In this document: positions 51,350 to 61,366 of the stretch, piece after piece
How positions within the stretch are numbered: position 1 is the stretch's first letter
How the letters are laid out: each line of letters begins with the position of its first letter
NCBI GenBank assembly: GCA_963729715.1
Contig: CAVSPA010000005.1
Location: 64,001-128,000, forward strand
Direction of reading: 5' to 3'
Origin: an uncultured delta proteobacterium
GTDB taxonomy: Bacteria; Desulfobacterota; Syntrophia; Syntrophales; UBA2185
Length of the DNA: 64,000 bases
Notes under the pieces: model-generated
What the model was told of the DNA's origin: nothing
The model's input: only the letters and a program-made list of their open reading frames with translations
Databases searched by the model: none
Position numbers and translations under genes: made by a program

Positions 51350-54300
51350 GTGCAATGGATGGCTACAAAATATAAAGGTGGCGACGAGGTTCAGTGCATA
51401 AGCGATCCATCGTTAATAGGCACTGTCGTTCAAATTCGTGAGCTACATAACGATATCCAGTACTATCTCGTCAACTTCGGCCCCGCTGGACGAACGGTCA
51501 AGCCGGAAGTTGACCTACGGCCGTTTGTTCCTGATCCCACTCCGTATGATAACCTTGTCAGGGGGAATATCGATTCCTACCAGGAATTTCAAAGGCTAAT
51601 CACCTACCAAAGGATCATACGGAGCCAGCCTCTCGATAATAATATCTATGCCTTTAATGCGTCACGGACAAGATTCTTCCCCTATCAATTCAAGCCACTT
51701 TTAAAATTTCTTGCTTCACCCAGACATAGACTATTGATTGCCGATGAAGTTGGTCTTGGAAAAACAATCGAGGCCGGATTGATATTGACCGAACTTCGCG
51801 CACGCCGTGATGTGCAAAGAACTTTGATAGTATGTCCGGCAAATCTTACCGAAAAGTGGCAAATCGAACTCAAGAGACGCTTCGGTGAGAAATTCACTAT
51901 TTTAAATGCAAGACAATTCTTAAAGTTTATTGACGATTACGAACGAAGACCCGATGAAGAGAATTTAAATGGAATAATTTCTTTAGAATCCATTCGCAAG
52001 CAGACAATCTTTGATCGTCTGGAAGAAGTAGCCCCAAGTTTTGATTTCGTGGCCATTGATGAAGCACATCACATGAGGAACTTACAAACAAAACTGCGTA
52101 AAGTGGGCGTGTTGCTCAGTCGTAGCAGCGATGCGCTTCTAATGTTGACTGCAACACCTGTTCATTTGGGCAATGAAAATCTCTTCAGCCTTTTAAATAT
52201 TCTTGACGATGATGAATTTCCGGACTTTTTGACTGTGGAGAATAGAATACGCCATAATGAACCGATTGTAAAAACCCAGTTTTGTTTGGGCAGTATTCCT
52301 CCGAATGTGGAAGAAGCTATACGGTTAATAGAGTCAACAGGACAGTCTGAATGGATCAGAACCAATCCTCTCCGCAAAGAGATACTGGAATCATTGGCAC
52401 AATTGAGGTTAGCGCTCTCGGACAAAATTCAATCCAGGCAACTTGTTTTAAAAATGCAGCGGGATATTGCAGATTTAAATTTAATCGGTCATATTTTCAG
52501 TCGAACGCGGAAAAGGGATGTACAAGTACATTTCCCGTTGAGAAGGGCGTTCCCAATCCGCTTGAAATTCACTGAACTGGAAAAGCAGTTTTACGATACT
52601 GTAACAACCTATGTTCGTATGCACTCAGAACGTAATGTCGCAAATCCACAAATTCTAAGGTGGTTACTTAATATGCCGCAACGACGCATGGCGTCTTCTA
52701 TCCCAGCTATGGTTGAATTTTATCGGCAAAAATTTCTATCCGTCAGCCAAGATGTGTCGGAAGATAGTCCTTTTTCTGAGGATGATTTAAACAGTCAGTT
52801 GTTGCCGGAAGGTCGCTTTAAGGACGTAGAAACAACTTTAAGACTACTTGTGCAAAACTGGCCGGAAGAAGGGCAGGATACAAAATATGAGAAATTCATC
52901 GAAATATTGCGCGTAATGAAAAGGGAAGAACAATCGCTCAAAGTAATGGTTTTTGCTTTCTTTAAGGATACCTTAGGATATCTGAAGAAGCGGCTCACTG
53001 TTGATGGATTCAAGTGCGTCTTAATTAGCGGTGACGTTCCTCCAAATGAACGCACGAAATTGGTGGATACCTTCAGAGAGAAAAAAGACTTGGAGGTGTT
53101 GCTTTCTTCAAGAGTAGGTAGCGAAGGATTGGATTTTCAGTTCTGTGACACGCTTTTCAATTATGATCTTCCCTGGAACCCCATGGAGGTTGAGCAACGG
53201 ATCGGCCGCCTCGACAGAATCGGACAAGAATCCCCAACAATCAGAATATTTAATTTTTGGATCGAAGGAACTATCGAGGAGCGGATTCTTGGAAGGCTGT
53301 ATGAGAGGATTAATATCTTTGAGAAGTCGATAGGGGAGTTGGAATTAATACTTGGAAAGGAGGTCAGTAACATTGAGAAAGAGCTATTAATCAAGAAACT
53401 CACAGCTGAGGAAGAAGAGAAGATTATAGAAAATAAATTCAAAGTAATTGAAACGAGAATGCATCAACTGAAAACATTAGAAACGGAGGCCGCACAGTTT
53501 ATTGGAACAGATCAATATTTCGATGAAGAAGTGAAGAGGATCAGACTCCACAGACGGTATATCACGAGCGAACAGATGTACCGGTTCATCCTTGATTATC
53601 TCAAAACAAATTGTCCGCGGACACGCTTAGAGTATGATCAATCAAGTAATCGAGGCTCAATCTTTCCCGACAACAACTTGCAGTCAACATTGCTTAAATA
53701 TGCAGGGGCTTCCTCTGCAACCCGTTATATAAGTTCGCCTCATGATGGCGTACCGATTACTTTTGATTCACAGATCGCCTTTGATTTACCGAATGTTGAT
53801 TTTATCAATGTCTTGCACCCCATTACCCAGGCGATCGTCCGGAATTACGAAGATGCAGGAGGACTTCAATCCAACGTGCATCATGTGGTTCTGAATACAG
53901 ATGCATTGCTTAAAGGATTCTATCTATATTTCATTTTCAAACTTAAGGTCAAAGCAGCGCGAAGCAATAATACAATAGAGATGATTATTTTGGATAAAGA
54001 TCTTAAAGTTGCATGTACTGATGATGATGCCGAAATTATCCTCGGGGATATGGTAGAAAGAGGCTTCGATGCCAAACAATCATGCGAGGTTAAGCCAGAT
54101 ATTTTAGATCAAGCGTACAAAGATGCAAAATCTATTTTTCACGAACGTGTTGAAAAAATACGCAAGGATGCAGAAAGAAACAATGATGCCTTCTTAAATC
54201 TTAGGTTGGAGAGCCTTCAATCATCATACGGGAAGAGTATAAAAATGAGGTCTGATCTATTACAGCAAGCCAACGTGAAGAAGAGTCATGCACGGTATAT

Positions 54301-54430
54301 CAGGATGTTGGAGGGAACTATCAGAAGACTGGAAGCAGAAGTGGAGGCCAAGAAACGTAAACTCGAAGAGAATAGAACCGTAGGAGTTTCCTATGACGAA
54401 ATTGCTGCAGGAATTCTCGAAGTGGCTTAA
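51350..54430 (+). CDS. SNF2-family (RapA/DrmD-like) helicase/ATPase
   Basis: LIADEVGLGKT, DEAHH, LTATP, GSEGLDFQ, EQRIGRLDRIGQ; alternative ATG at 51359. Confidence 0.93.
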   Translation: MQWMATKYKGGDEVQCISDPSLIGTVVQIRELHNDIQYYLVNFGPAGRTVKPEVDLRPFVPDPTPYDNLVRGNIDSYQEFQRLITYQRIIRSQPLDNNIYAFNASRTRFFPYQFKPLLKFLASPRHRLLIADEVGLGKTIEAGLILTELRARRDVQRTLIVCPANLTEKWQIELKRRFGEKFTILNARQFLKFIDDYERRPDEENLNGIISLESIRKQTIFDRLEEVAPSFDFVAIDEAHHMRNLQTKLRKVGVLLSRSSDALLMLTATPVHLGNENLFSLLNILDDDEFPDFLTVENRIRHNEPIVKTQFCLGSIPPNVEEAIRLIESTGQSEWIRTNPLRKEILESLAQLRLALSDKIQSRQLVLKMQRDIADLNLIGHIFSRTRKRDVQVHFPLRRAFPIRLKFTELEKQFYDTVTTYVRMHSERNVANPQILRWLLNMPQRRMASSIPAMVEFYRQKFLSVSQDVSEDSPFSEDDLNSQLLPEGRFKDVETTLRLLVQNWPEEGQDTKYEKFIEILRVMKREEQSLKVMVFAFFKDTLGYLKKRLTVDGFKCVLISGDVPPNERTKLVDTFREKKDLEVLLSSRVGSEGLDFQFCDTLFNYDLPWNPMEVEQRIGRLDRIGQESPTIRIFNFWIEGTIEERILGRLYERINIFEKSIGELELILGKEVSNIEKELLIKKLTAEEEEKIIENKFKVIETRMHQLKTLETEAAQFIGTDQYFDEEVKRIRLHRRYITSEQMYRFILDYLKTNCPRTRLEYDQSSNRGSIFPDNNLQSTLLKYAGASSATRYISSPHDGVPITFDSQIAFDLPNVDFINVLHPITQAIVRNYEDAGGLQSNVHHVVLNTDALLKGFYLYFIFKLKVKAARSNNTIEMIILDKDLKVACTDDDAEIILGDMVERGFDAKQSCEVKPDILDQAYKDAKSIFHERVEKIRKDAERNNDAFLNLRLESLQSSYGKSIKMRSDLLQQANVKKSHARYIRMLEGTIRRLEAEVEAKKRKLEENRTVGVSYDEIAAGILEVA

Positions 54431-55889
54431 AAAAGTAACAGGCTATGAAGAAAGCACAGGAGAACTTGGATCTGATCCAAAAGCGGAAGTGCAACTGGCA
54501 CAACCTATAAAGACAGAAGCCAGATCACCACTCATTCAAAAAAAGAGAGGAAAAGTCAACATCCAGGTAGGGCTTGATTTTGGCACTAGTGCGACTAAAA
54601 TTATGTATTCCCAACTGGGGCGGCGTGGTACCAAGATTGTAAGATTCAATCATTCACTACCAAATTATCCATCGTTTTGTCTCCCTTCTGTTGCCGCAAT
54701 CAATGACCAAGGCTGTCTTATTCTTGGGATTGAAGCCGCAAATTATCTCCTTAACAAAGAGTGGGATATTGGTTTTCAAAGGTTCAAGGTCATCGTCGCC
54801 GGTAACCATGACCATAACTTCCTTGACCGTGTTTCGAGTGAGAAATTTTATGAATACAGGCAGGCACACAGACTGGATGAAACTTTTACAGCAGAGAGAT
54901 TAACGGCACTTTATCTGGCCGACGTCATGAAAAAGACGAGAAATATTATCAGCGATTATCCTGAATATAGGGATATGGAAATTGACATGGCCTTTAATAT
55001 CTGCATACCCATTGATCACATACAAAATAGCCTGGTCAAATCAGAATTTGAGAAAATATTTCTCTGGGCTGAAAATATTGAGGGCCTTGGAGGGGCAGAA
55101 GATGCTGAATTTGATATTATTGAAGCATCATACCAACTTGAGAATAAACCCCTTGAAAACGAAAGGCGCGTCCATTCTGTTCCCGAAGCTGTGGCCTCTT
55201 TCGCCTCGTATCTTATTTCGTTGCGGCGGCAAGAGGGACTTCACGCGGTGATTGATATGGGTGCAGGAACAACGGACATATCGATTTGCAATCTCAAGGA
55301 TCCATATAATGAATCTATGAGTTATTGGTACGCGGCGCGCAATATTCCTTACGGAACGATAGGGATAGAGCGTTTTATTGCCGGTCAATTAAAAAAAGAA
55401 AAATCGGAATGCACTTGTCATAAAATTTTTAATTGTTTGAACAATATGTCAGGGAATTATAATGAGATGCAGAAAGAAATGGCGAGGAAGCTAAAGCAAT
55501 TCAAAGATTCAAAGGAATATGTCAAAACATGGGGAATGGCATATGGGCATTTGGCAGGGACAAGTCTATGGGAAAAAGTTGAGGTTTTTTTAAGTGGTGG
55601 CGGTGCTTATTTACCGGCTGCGAGGGATATATTTTCAGAACCATGGATTAAATTAACGGAAGGACAATCTGATAGGAAAGTTAAATATAACGTCAGTCCT
55701 CTACCAACCCCAGATGATTTCAATGATGCCGCAACCGGTGCTCCCTTTGGAAGAATGGCAGTAGCCTATGGTCTGACAAGACCGATTCCCGTACTGAGCG
55801 AATATGTTCTTCCAAATGATTCACCTGATCATACGCCAGTCAGGATCAGGAAAGTGCTACCTGATAGAGATGATCTTTATCCGAAATAA
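54393..55889 (+). CDS. Actin/Hsp70-fold ATPase without a DnaK substrate-binding domain
   Basis: VGLDFGTS, VPEAVA, VIDMGAGTTD, FLSGGGA, AVAYGL. Confidence 0.85.
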   Translation: MTKLLQEFSKWLKKVTGYEESTGELGSDPKAEVQLAQPIKTEARSPLIQKKRGKVNIQVGLDFGTSATKIMYSQLGRRGTKIVRFNHSLPNYPSFCLPSVAAINDQGCLILGIEAANYLLNKEWDIGFQRFKVIVAGNHDHNFLDRVSSEKFYEYRQAHRLDETFTAERLTALYLADVMKKTRNIISDYPEYRDMEIDMAFNICIPIDHIQNSLVKSEFEKIFLWAENIEGLGGAEDAEFDIIEASYQLENKPLENERRVHSVPEAVASFASYLISLRRQEGLHAVIDMGAGTTDISICNLKDPYNESMSYWYAARNIPYGTIGIERFIAGQLKKEKSECTCHKIFNCLNNMSGNYNEMQKEMARKLKQFKDSKEYVKTWGMAYGHLAGTSLWEKVEVFLSGGGAYLPAARDIFSEPWIKLTEGQSDRKVKYNVSPLPTPDDFNDAATGAPFGRMAVAYGLTRPIPVLSEYVLPNDSPDHTPVRIRKVLPDRDDLYPK

Positions 55890-56220
55890 AGGGTCTGCAA
55901 AATGAGACTTGGTGATGTCGTCAATTACTGGCGCATTTCATTTTTCCTTTGATCACTCCGCGTATAGCGGAGGGAAAGCTGCTACACAAGCGCATCTGCC
56001 ACGAATCGCTACTTCAATAATGGATATCCTCTTGGTAGAATCAAGGGTGTTGATAAATAGGCGTAACACACACAATCAAATATCCATGAAAAACGAATAT
56101 CTTTAAGAAAATGCATATTCTCTTAAATATATCATTTTAGGCCTTTAGAATATTGTTTCTTGGTGTAATCCGCAACCAAGGTATTCCAGCTCGCCTGATG
56201 AACTTAAAGGGAAGACATAA

Positions 56221-58050
56221 ATGAACGTGCTTAATCGTATCTTCTCTCGCATACTTGCAATAGTATCACGTGAAAAAGCCGAATCCACTGCAATCATAAA
56301 GTATCCATCTAAGGAACAACTAAAGACTAGGAATCATGAAATCGACGATAAAGATACCATAAAGGTGGCAAGTGCTCGCATTGTGTCAATGCCATTTCTG
56401 CCGTACGGCAGGAGAGATGATAAACAGTGCGACCATTCCAAGGAATATTGGAAGGCATACAACCAAGGATATTCATATTATAACCGTGGGTGGTATTCCA
56501 ATGCTAAAGAGATCTTGTTGACCATCTACAATGAAAATCATTCGTCAGGAGCATACTATACTCATCTTCTCAGGACATATAGAAAGCTTTCCTCGAAATA
56601 TATCGAGAAGAAGAAGTATAAGGAAGCTCTTTCGGCAATGGACGAGATGTTCTCTAAATGCCCAAACACAACAACAACGGACATTAGGAGCTACAATAAA
56701 ATCGTTGATATACTTAACGAAAAAGATAGCGGTGCTGGACTCTCGAAGAAAGAAATAGTTAAAGATACTAAACCTGATTGTATTATCGAGTCACAGTTTA
56801 TATCATTAGTTCAGACGGAGAAGAAACCGAAAGGATTCAAATCGTCACAAACTTCCGGTGATGATATTCTAAGGCTCCAAAATAGATCGCATCTGTTACC
56901 AACAAATCTTCCTCATATCAATTTTTCAAGAGGATCTATTGAGTACTTAAGTGCCTCCTCAATCCCATTTATCAGTGACGATTTGTACAGATTTAATGAA
57001 GCGCCTGATCGTAGTTGCTTTGTAAGCGCGACAAGAGACCTCTCGATTAAACTTTATGACTGGGATCTAATTTTGCAGAAGAGTTTCGATGCACGAACAT
57101 ATTGTAATGCACACTATAGCCTGAGAGACTTATCTATATCGCCCGATCTTTCACTTGTAGCATTTGTGTCGGAATCAAGGGCGTTTGTCTTGGATCACGA
57201 TTTCAGAGTAATTTCCAGATTAGGAACGCTCCCGAAAGAAGGATGGAAAAGAATAAGCAAGAATAAACCTAATGTCGAAGAGATCTTTTCTCGCCACTTA
57301 CGGATACTTGGAATCACTCAATCGAATCCCACTACCAATGAAATAAAATCGGCGTACCGAAGACTGGCTTTTGTATACCATCCAGATAAGAACCCTGATG
57401 GACCAAAGGCCACTGAGAGGTTCCAAGAGATAACTGCAGCCTATGAAGTTTTGACCAATGAAGATGCTAGGCGTGCTTTCGCGGGGTTGGATGATGAGGA
57501 AGAGTGGATACAAGTGCTCGATACCTTGAAGTTCGAGGCAGGTGGTGTGACATTTTCAGTAGAAATTTCTCTTGGCGGTGATGGTCGGGATTGGATTTAC
57601 GCTCTGGGGTTCACACCGGACTCAAAGCGGCTTTATCTCGGTTGCTACTCTGGGAAGGTGTACAGAGTGAGTCTTGATGGATGTGCAGATATAATCTATA
57701 CAATTCCGGAAGATAAAGAAAGTATCTACGGCGCAAGTAATCCGATTGATATGATCTTTCACGACAATGGATGTCTCTATATTGCTACTCATTGGTACCT
57801 CTATATTCTGAGAGGTGACGATGTCGTCGCATGCATGCAACGTCAAAGAGGAACGTACAAATGGTTCAAGGGGGGGTTCCTTTTTTATCAGGGTAATGCT
57901 TTGAATATTTTGTCCCCTAATGGTGAAAGCTTTGGAACTATTCAGTTCAAGAATAACATAAGAAACATAGCGTCCACGGATGATCTTCTCCTGGTGGAGA
58001 CCGGACTGAAATCTTTTTTGTTCCAAATGCATAAGATCGTTACACAGTAG
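56221..58050 (+). CDS. TPR-like + beta-propeller-like protein with internal DnaJ (J) domain
   Basis: ILGI...EIKSAYRRLAFVYHPDKNP...ERFQEITAAYEVL J domain; WD-like strands (LSISPD, LGFTPDS) on both sides. Confidence 0.85.
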   Translation: MNVLNRIFSRILAIVSREKAESTAIIKYPSKEQLKTRNHEIDDKDTIKVASARIVSMPFLPYGRRDDKQCDHSKEYWKAYNQGYSYYNRGWYSNAKEILLTIYNENHSSGAYYTHLLRTYRKLSSKYIEKKKYKEALSAMDEMFSKCPNTTTTDIRSYNKIVDILNEKDSGAGLSKKEIVKDTKPDCIIESQFISLVQTEKKPKGFKSSQTSGDDILRLQNRSHLLPTNLPHINFSRGSIEYLSASSIPFISDDLYRFNEAPDRSCFVSATRDLSIKLYDWDLILQKSFDARTYCNAHYSLRDLSISPDLSLVAFVSESRAFVLDHDFRVISRLGTLPKEGWKRISKNKPNVEEIFSRHLRILGITQSNPTTNEIKSAYRRLAFVYHPDKNPDGPKATERFQEITAAYEVLTNEDARRAFAGLDDEEEWIQVLDTLKFEAGGVTFSVEISLGGDGRDWIYALGFTPDSKRLYLGCYSGKVYRVSLDGCADIIYTIPEDKESIYGASNPIDMIFHDNGCLYIATHWYLYILRGDDVVACMQRQRGTYKWFKGGFLFYQGNALNILSPNGESFGTIQFKNNIRNIASTDDLLLVETGLKSFLFQMHKIVTQ

Positions 58051-59016
58051 CAGTGAAAAAGGCGTTAGCCAAAACAAGATATTTACATATGATACACAAT
58101 GCGTCTTCTTTTTCATGTCTAGGGAGGTGTTCTGAATGAAGATCAAGTCTTTAAGAATTAGGAATTTTAAAACGTTTGACGCTGAAGGCATTTCATTAAC
58201 TCTTATGGATTTAACAACATTTGTTGGAGAAAATAGCACCGGAAAATCGAACATCCTCGAGGCTCTCGATTTATTTTTTAATTTTAGCTCGACGAAAGTC
58301 TCAAAAGAATCATTTCACCATGATGACAATACGAAAGAAATATCAATCGAAATTGAATTTGGAGCGCTATCTGATCTGGAGAAAAAGAGATTCAAAATCC
58401 ATCTTAATGAAAAAAAAGAATTGGAAATAAAACAGATAATAAAATTGAGTTCTGAGGGAGCGGATGAGGATGATTCCAAGATAAAATATCAGGAGAGCAA
58501 GCATGGAACGAGATGGGAAGCAAACTCAGAATGGGCTAGATTAAGCCCAAAGCCGCCAAAGAAGACGGATATCAAATCTTGGTGGAAACAGGATTTGAAA
58601 ATAGGAGATTTTGATTTCAAAAGCCTATTTGAAAGAAAGGAAGGTGACCCTGATCCAGGAATCTACCAGGAAAAGCTTGAACAACTATGGGATGAGCATT
58701 TCGATAATATCCCGAAGCAAAAGAAAACCGAAGATGAAAAAGTTCTTGGCTGGAAAAATATATTGAAAGGGAATCTTCCAAAATATTTTTTTATCCCCGC
58801 AGTAAAGGATGTAAATGAGGACCTGAAAGTACTCAAAACCAATCCATTTGGAGAAATAATAGCTTGGCTCACTCAAAATATCACTGCTGAGATAGAAAAA
58901 GATTTTAAAACAAAAACTGAAGGAATTTTTAACGATGTGATGAAAACAGTTGATAAAGTGTCAGCGGTCGGATTAAAACCAGCCAGGGGGGGTCGGTTTA
59001 AACCCAGCCAGTTTTG

Positions 59017-59796
59017 TTATGAGTTTTCTTTACCATTTTCGCCTTGTGGATTGCAATCTTTGTTGCGCAGCCGGTAGCTTTTACCGACAATCTGAATAAT
59101 GTCGGCACGGCTGAGAAACCGGTCGAGAATAGCCGTGGCCGTGGGAACATCGCCGATCAGTTTTCCCCATTCATCCAGGGGTCGGTTGGAGGTCATGATC
59201 GTTGATCGTAATTCATACCGGCGCATGATGATCTCGAACAAGTACTCGCCAGCCTGCTTCGGCAGTTTTTTGAGTCCCATATCGTCGATGATGAGCAGGT
59301 CAGGCTTGAGATACTTGCGCAAGACCTTGGCACTCTCGTTCAACGCCTCGGCCTGATTCAGGTCACCCACGGTGTCAAAAATGGAACGGTACAGAACCAT
59401 ATATCCCATCTTTGCCGCCTGATGGCCTATGGCCTGGGCAAGGTGGGATTTACCGACCCCTGGAGGACCAGTGAACAGGATGTCCCTTTGTTCCCGGATA
59501 AACCGGCACGTGGCAAGCTCCATGATCTGCCTGCGTATTATGGACCGGTTGAAGGAGAAGTCGAAGTCCTCGATACTTCTTAACTCACGGAACTTCGAGG
59601 CGATCACCCTGCGTGCAATGGCCCTGTCCTCCCGGATGGCGATCTCATCGTTGACGATCAGTTCCAGGAACTCGGCGCAGCTGAGTTGATTGCCCGCCGC
59701 TTCCTGCAGTCGCACTTCCAGTGTGGACAGAAGTCCGGAGAGTTTAAGACGTTTCAGAGCGGATTTAAGTTGTGGATTCATCTTCATTCCTTTCAT
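59017..59796 (-). CDS. istB: IS21 helper ATPase IstB
   Basis: FDFSFN, GPPGVGKS, LLIIDDMG, TSNR, AILDR. Confidence 0.96.
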   Translation of the reverse strand: MKGMKMNPQLKSALKRLKLSGLLSTLEVRLQEAAGNQLSCAEFLELIVNDEIAIREDRAIARRVIASKFRELRSIEDFDFSFNRSIIRRQIMELATCRFIREQRDILFTGPPGVGKSHLAQAIGHQAAKMGYMVLYRSIFDTVGDLNQAEALNESAKVLRKYLKPDLLIIDDMGLKKLPKQAGEYLFEIIMRRYELRSTIMTSNRPLDEWGKLIGDVPTATAILDRFLSRADIIQIVGKSYRLRNKDCNPQGENGKENS

Positions 59797-61366
59797 CGAT
59801 GGCTTTGAACGATACGGTCATAAAATGCTGATACTCCGTCAAGGGGCGGATGATCTCGTGTTCTTCTGCGAAATCGGGTTCTGTCTGATCCGTGCGCTTG
59901 ATCAGTTCGCGCAACGGGCGAAGCCGGAACATGTGGGCGGAAAGAGCGGTCTTGCTGGCTCGATTGATGGCCGGGGCCGGATATTTCTTTGCCAGACCGA
60001 CAAAGCCCAGCAACACCCGGACTCCTTCGATTCCGCGTTCTTTGAGCATGGCCCTGGCCCATTCGGCTGCATGATAGCCGATCCGGCTCGCCCGGGATAA
60101 CAGGTGCTCCACGCCACGCTCTACAGCCGATATCTTCTCGTCGGCGAGATGTACACGGCTGGTGTTGAACCGACCCGGAGCGACCCTGGAATGCACCGCG
60201 ATCTGCTCGAACCGCCCGTTGAACACCCGAACCAAACGGGAGTCCCAGCGGACCCATACTTCCCGGCCCAGGTACTCCGGCGGGACAGAGTAATAACCTT
60301 TGGCCACTTCCACATGGCCGTCACGATGTACCTGGCGCTTGCCCTCGTGGTAAAAGGGAAAGGGCTCCAAGGGTAGCGGCTGCAACGCAGCCTGCTCCTC
60401 TTTGAACATCCGGCGAACCTGTTTCTTCGTCGTGCCGTGGATCCGGGTGTCCGCCACGTTCGTCTCCCACTCGGCAAGGAAGCTCTTCTCTTCAGCCAGA
60501 GAAGAAAATATTCTGCCTTTGAGGGCGTTGTTCTTTACATATTTGATCCCGCTCTCGATCTTGCCCTTGTGCCGTGGCGTATATGGTTTTGTGGGAAGAA
60601 TGACGCATCCATAATATCTGGCAAACTCCACCACTTTCGGGTTGAGATCGGGATCGAACCAGTCGGCGTTCTTCACCGCGGCCTTCAGATTATCGATCAC
60701 CATGGTTTTCGTGACCCCTCCAAAATGCCGGAAGGCGTTCTCTATGGCGCGGATGAAATCCTCCGTGGTTTGTCTGAAGACCGGCTCAGAGTAGCTCTTG
60801 CGGGAGTGGGAAAGCGTAACGCGAAGCACGTGGGATCGGCGCTTCTTCCCCCCCTCGATGATCCATGCACCTGAGCCGAAATCAACCTGGACCTCGGCAC
60901 CGGGATCCGATTCCATGCGGCGGAAAGGTAAGGGTGTAGATGCGCCGAGCTTTTGTACAAACCGTTTGACCGATGAGTACGAGCCTGTGAAACCGTGTTC
61001 GGAAGTTACGTCCTGGAGGATACGCTGGGCGGACAGGCCTTGTTCCAGCTTGGCCTTGACGACATCTCGGAACGACTCACACTCGCTGGGTCTGCCAGGA
61101 GACCGCCCCGAAGACGGGAAGAACAGATTCGCAAGTAATCCCCCCTCGGACCCGGCGGTCGAAATGGCTGGGTTTGGCATGTCTGGACAACCAGAGCCGG
61201 GGGCCACAATGGCGGGTTTTGACTCCCGATTACGCCGTAACCTGTCATAACGGGCAACCGTCTCCCGGTCCACACCCAACTCGCGGGCAATGCGCCGGTG
61301 CGGCCATTTCTTTTCAAGTAAGCCTATGATTGCGTGTATTTTAGCCATTTTCAGTATGTTTGCCAT
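59765..61366 (-). CDS. istA: IS21 transposase IstA
   Basis: HTH RRIARELGVDRETV, QVDFG, IDNLK, KGKIES; ATG at 61366 after AGGAGG. Confidence 0.96.
   Translation of the reverse strand: MANILKMAKIHAIIGLLEKKWPHRRIARELGVDRETVARYDRLRRNRESKPAIVAPGSGCPDMPNPAISTAGSEGGLLANLFFPSSGRSPGRPSECESFRDVVKAKLEQGLSAQRILQDVTSEHGFTGSYSSVKRFVQKLGASTPLPFRRMESDPGAEVQVDFGSGAWIIEGGKKRRSHVLRVTLSHSRKSYSEPVFRQTTEDFIRAIENAFRHFGGVTKTMVIDNLKAAVKNADWFDPDLNPKVVEFARYYGCVILPTKPYTPRHKGKIESGIKYVKNNALKGRIFSSLAEEKSFLAEWETNVADTRIHGTTKKQVRRMFKEEQAALQPLPLEPFPFYHEGKRQVHRDGHVEVAKGYYSVPPEYLGREVWVRWDSRLVRVFNGRFEQIAVHSRVAPGRFNTSRVHLADEKISAVERGVEHLLSRASRIGYHAAEWARAMLKERGIEGVRVLLGFVGLAKKYPAPAINRASKTALSAHMFRLRPLRELIKRTDQTEPDFAEEHEIIRPLTEYQHFMTVSFKAIDERNEDESTT

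Noticed and set aside
51350..54430. DISARM or BREX assignment for the SNF2 gene
   Set aside because: No drmA/B/C, pglZ, brxC or cognate methyltransferase recognisable nearby
54393..55889. dnaK, mreB or ftsA orthologue
   Set aside because: Only the fold motifs are shared; no substrate-binding domain, true mreB is at 7479, and the context is a mobile island
55909..56106. 65-aa ORF between the ATPase and J-domain genes
   Set aside because: TTG start, no RBS, no recognisable motif on either strand
58136..59077. 313-aa ORF as a complete gene
   Set aside because: Its last 39 or so residues are read-through into the IS21 end; it is the 5' half of the split OLD gene
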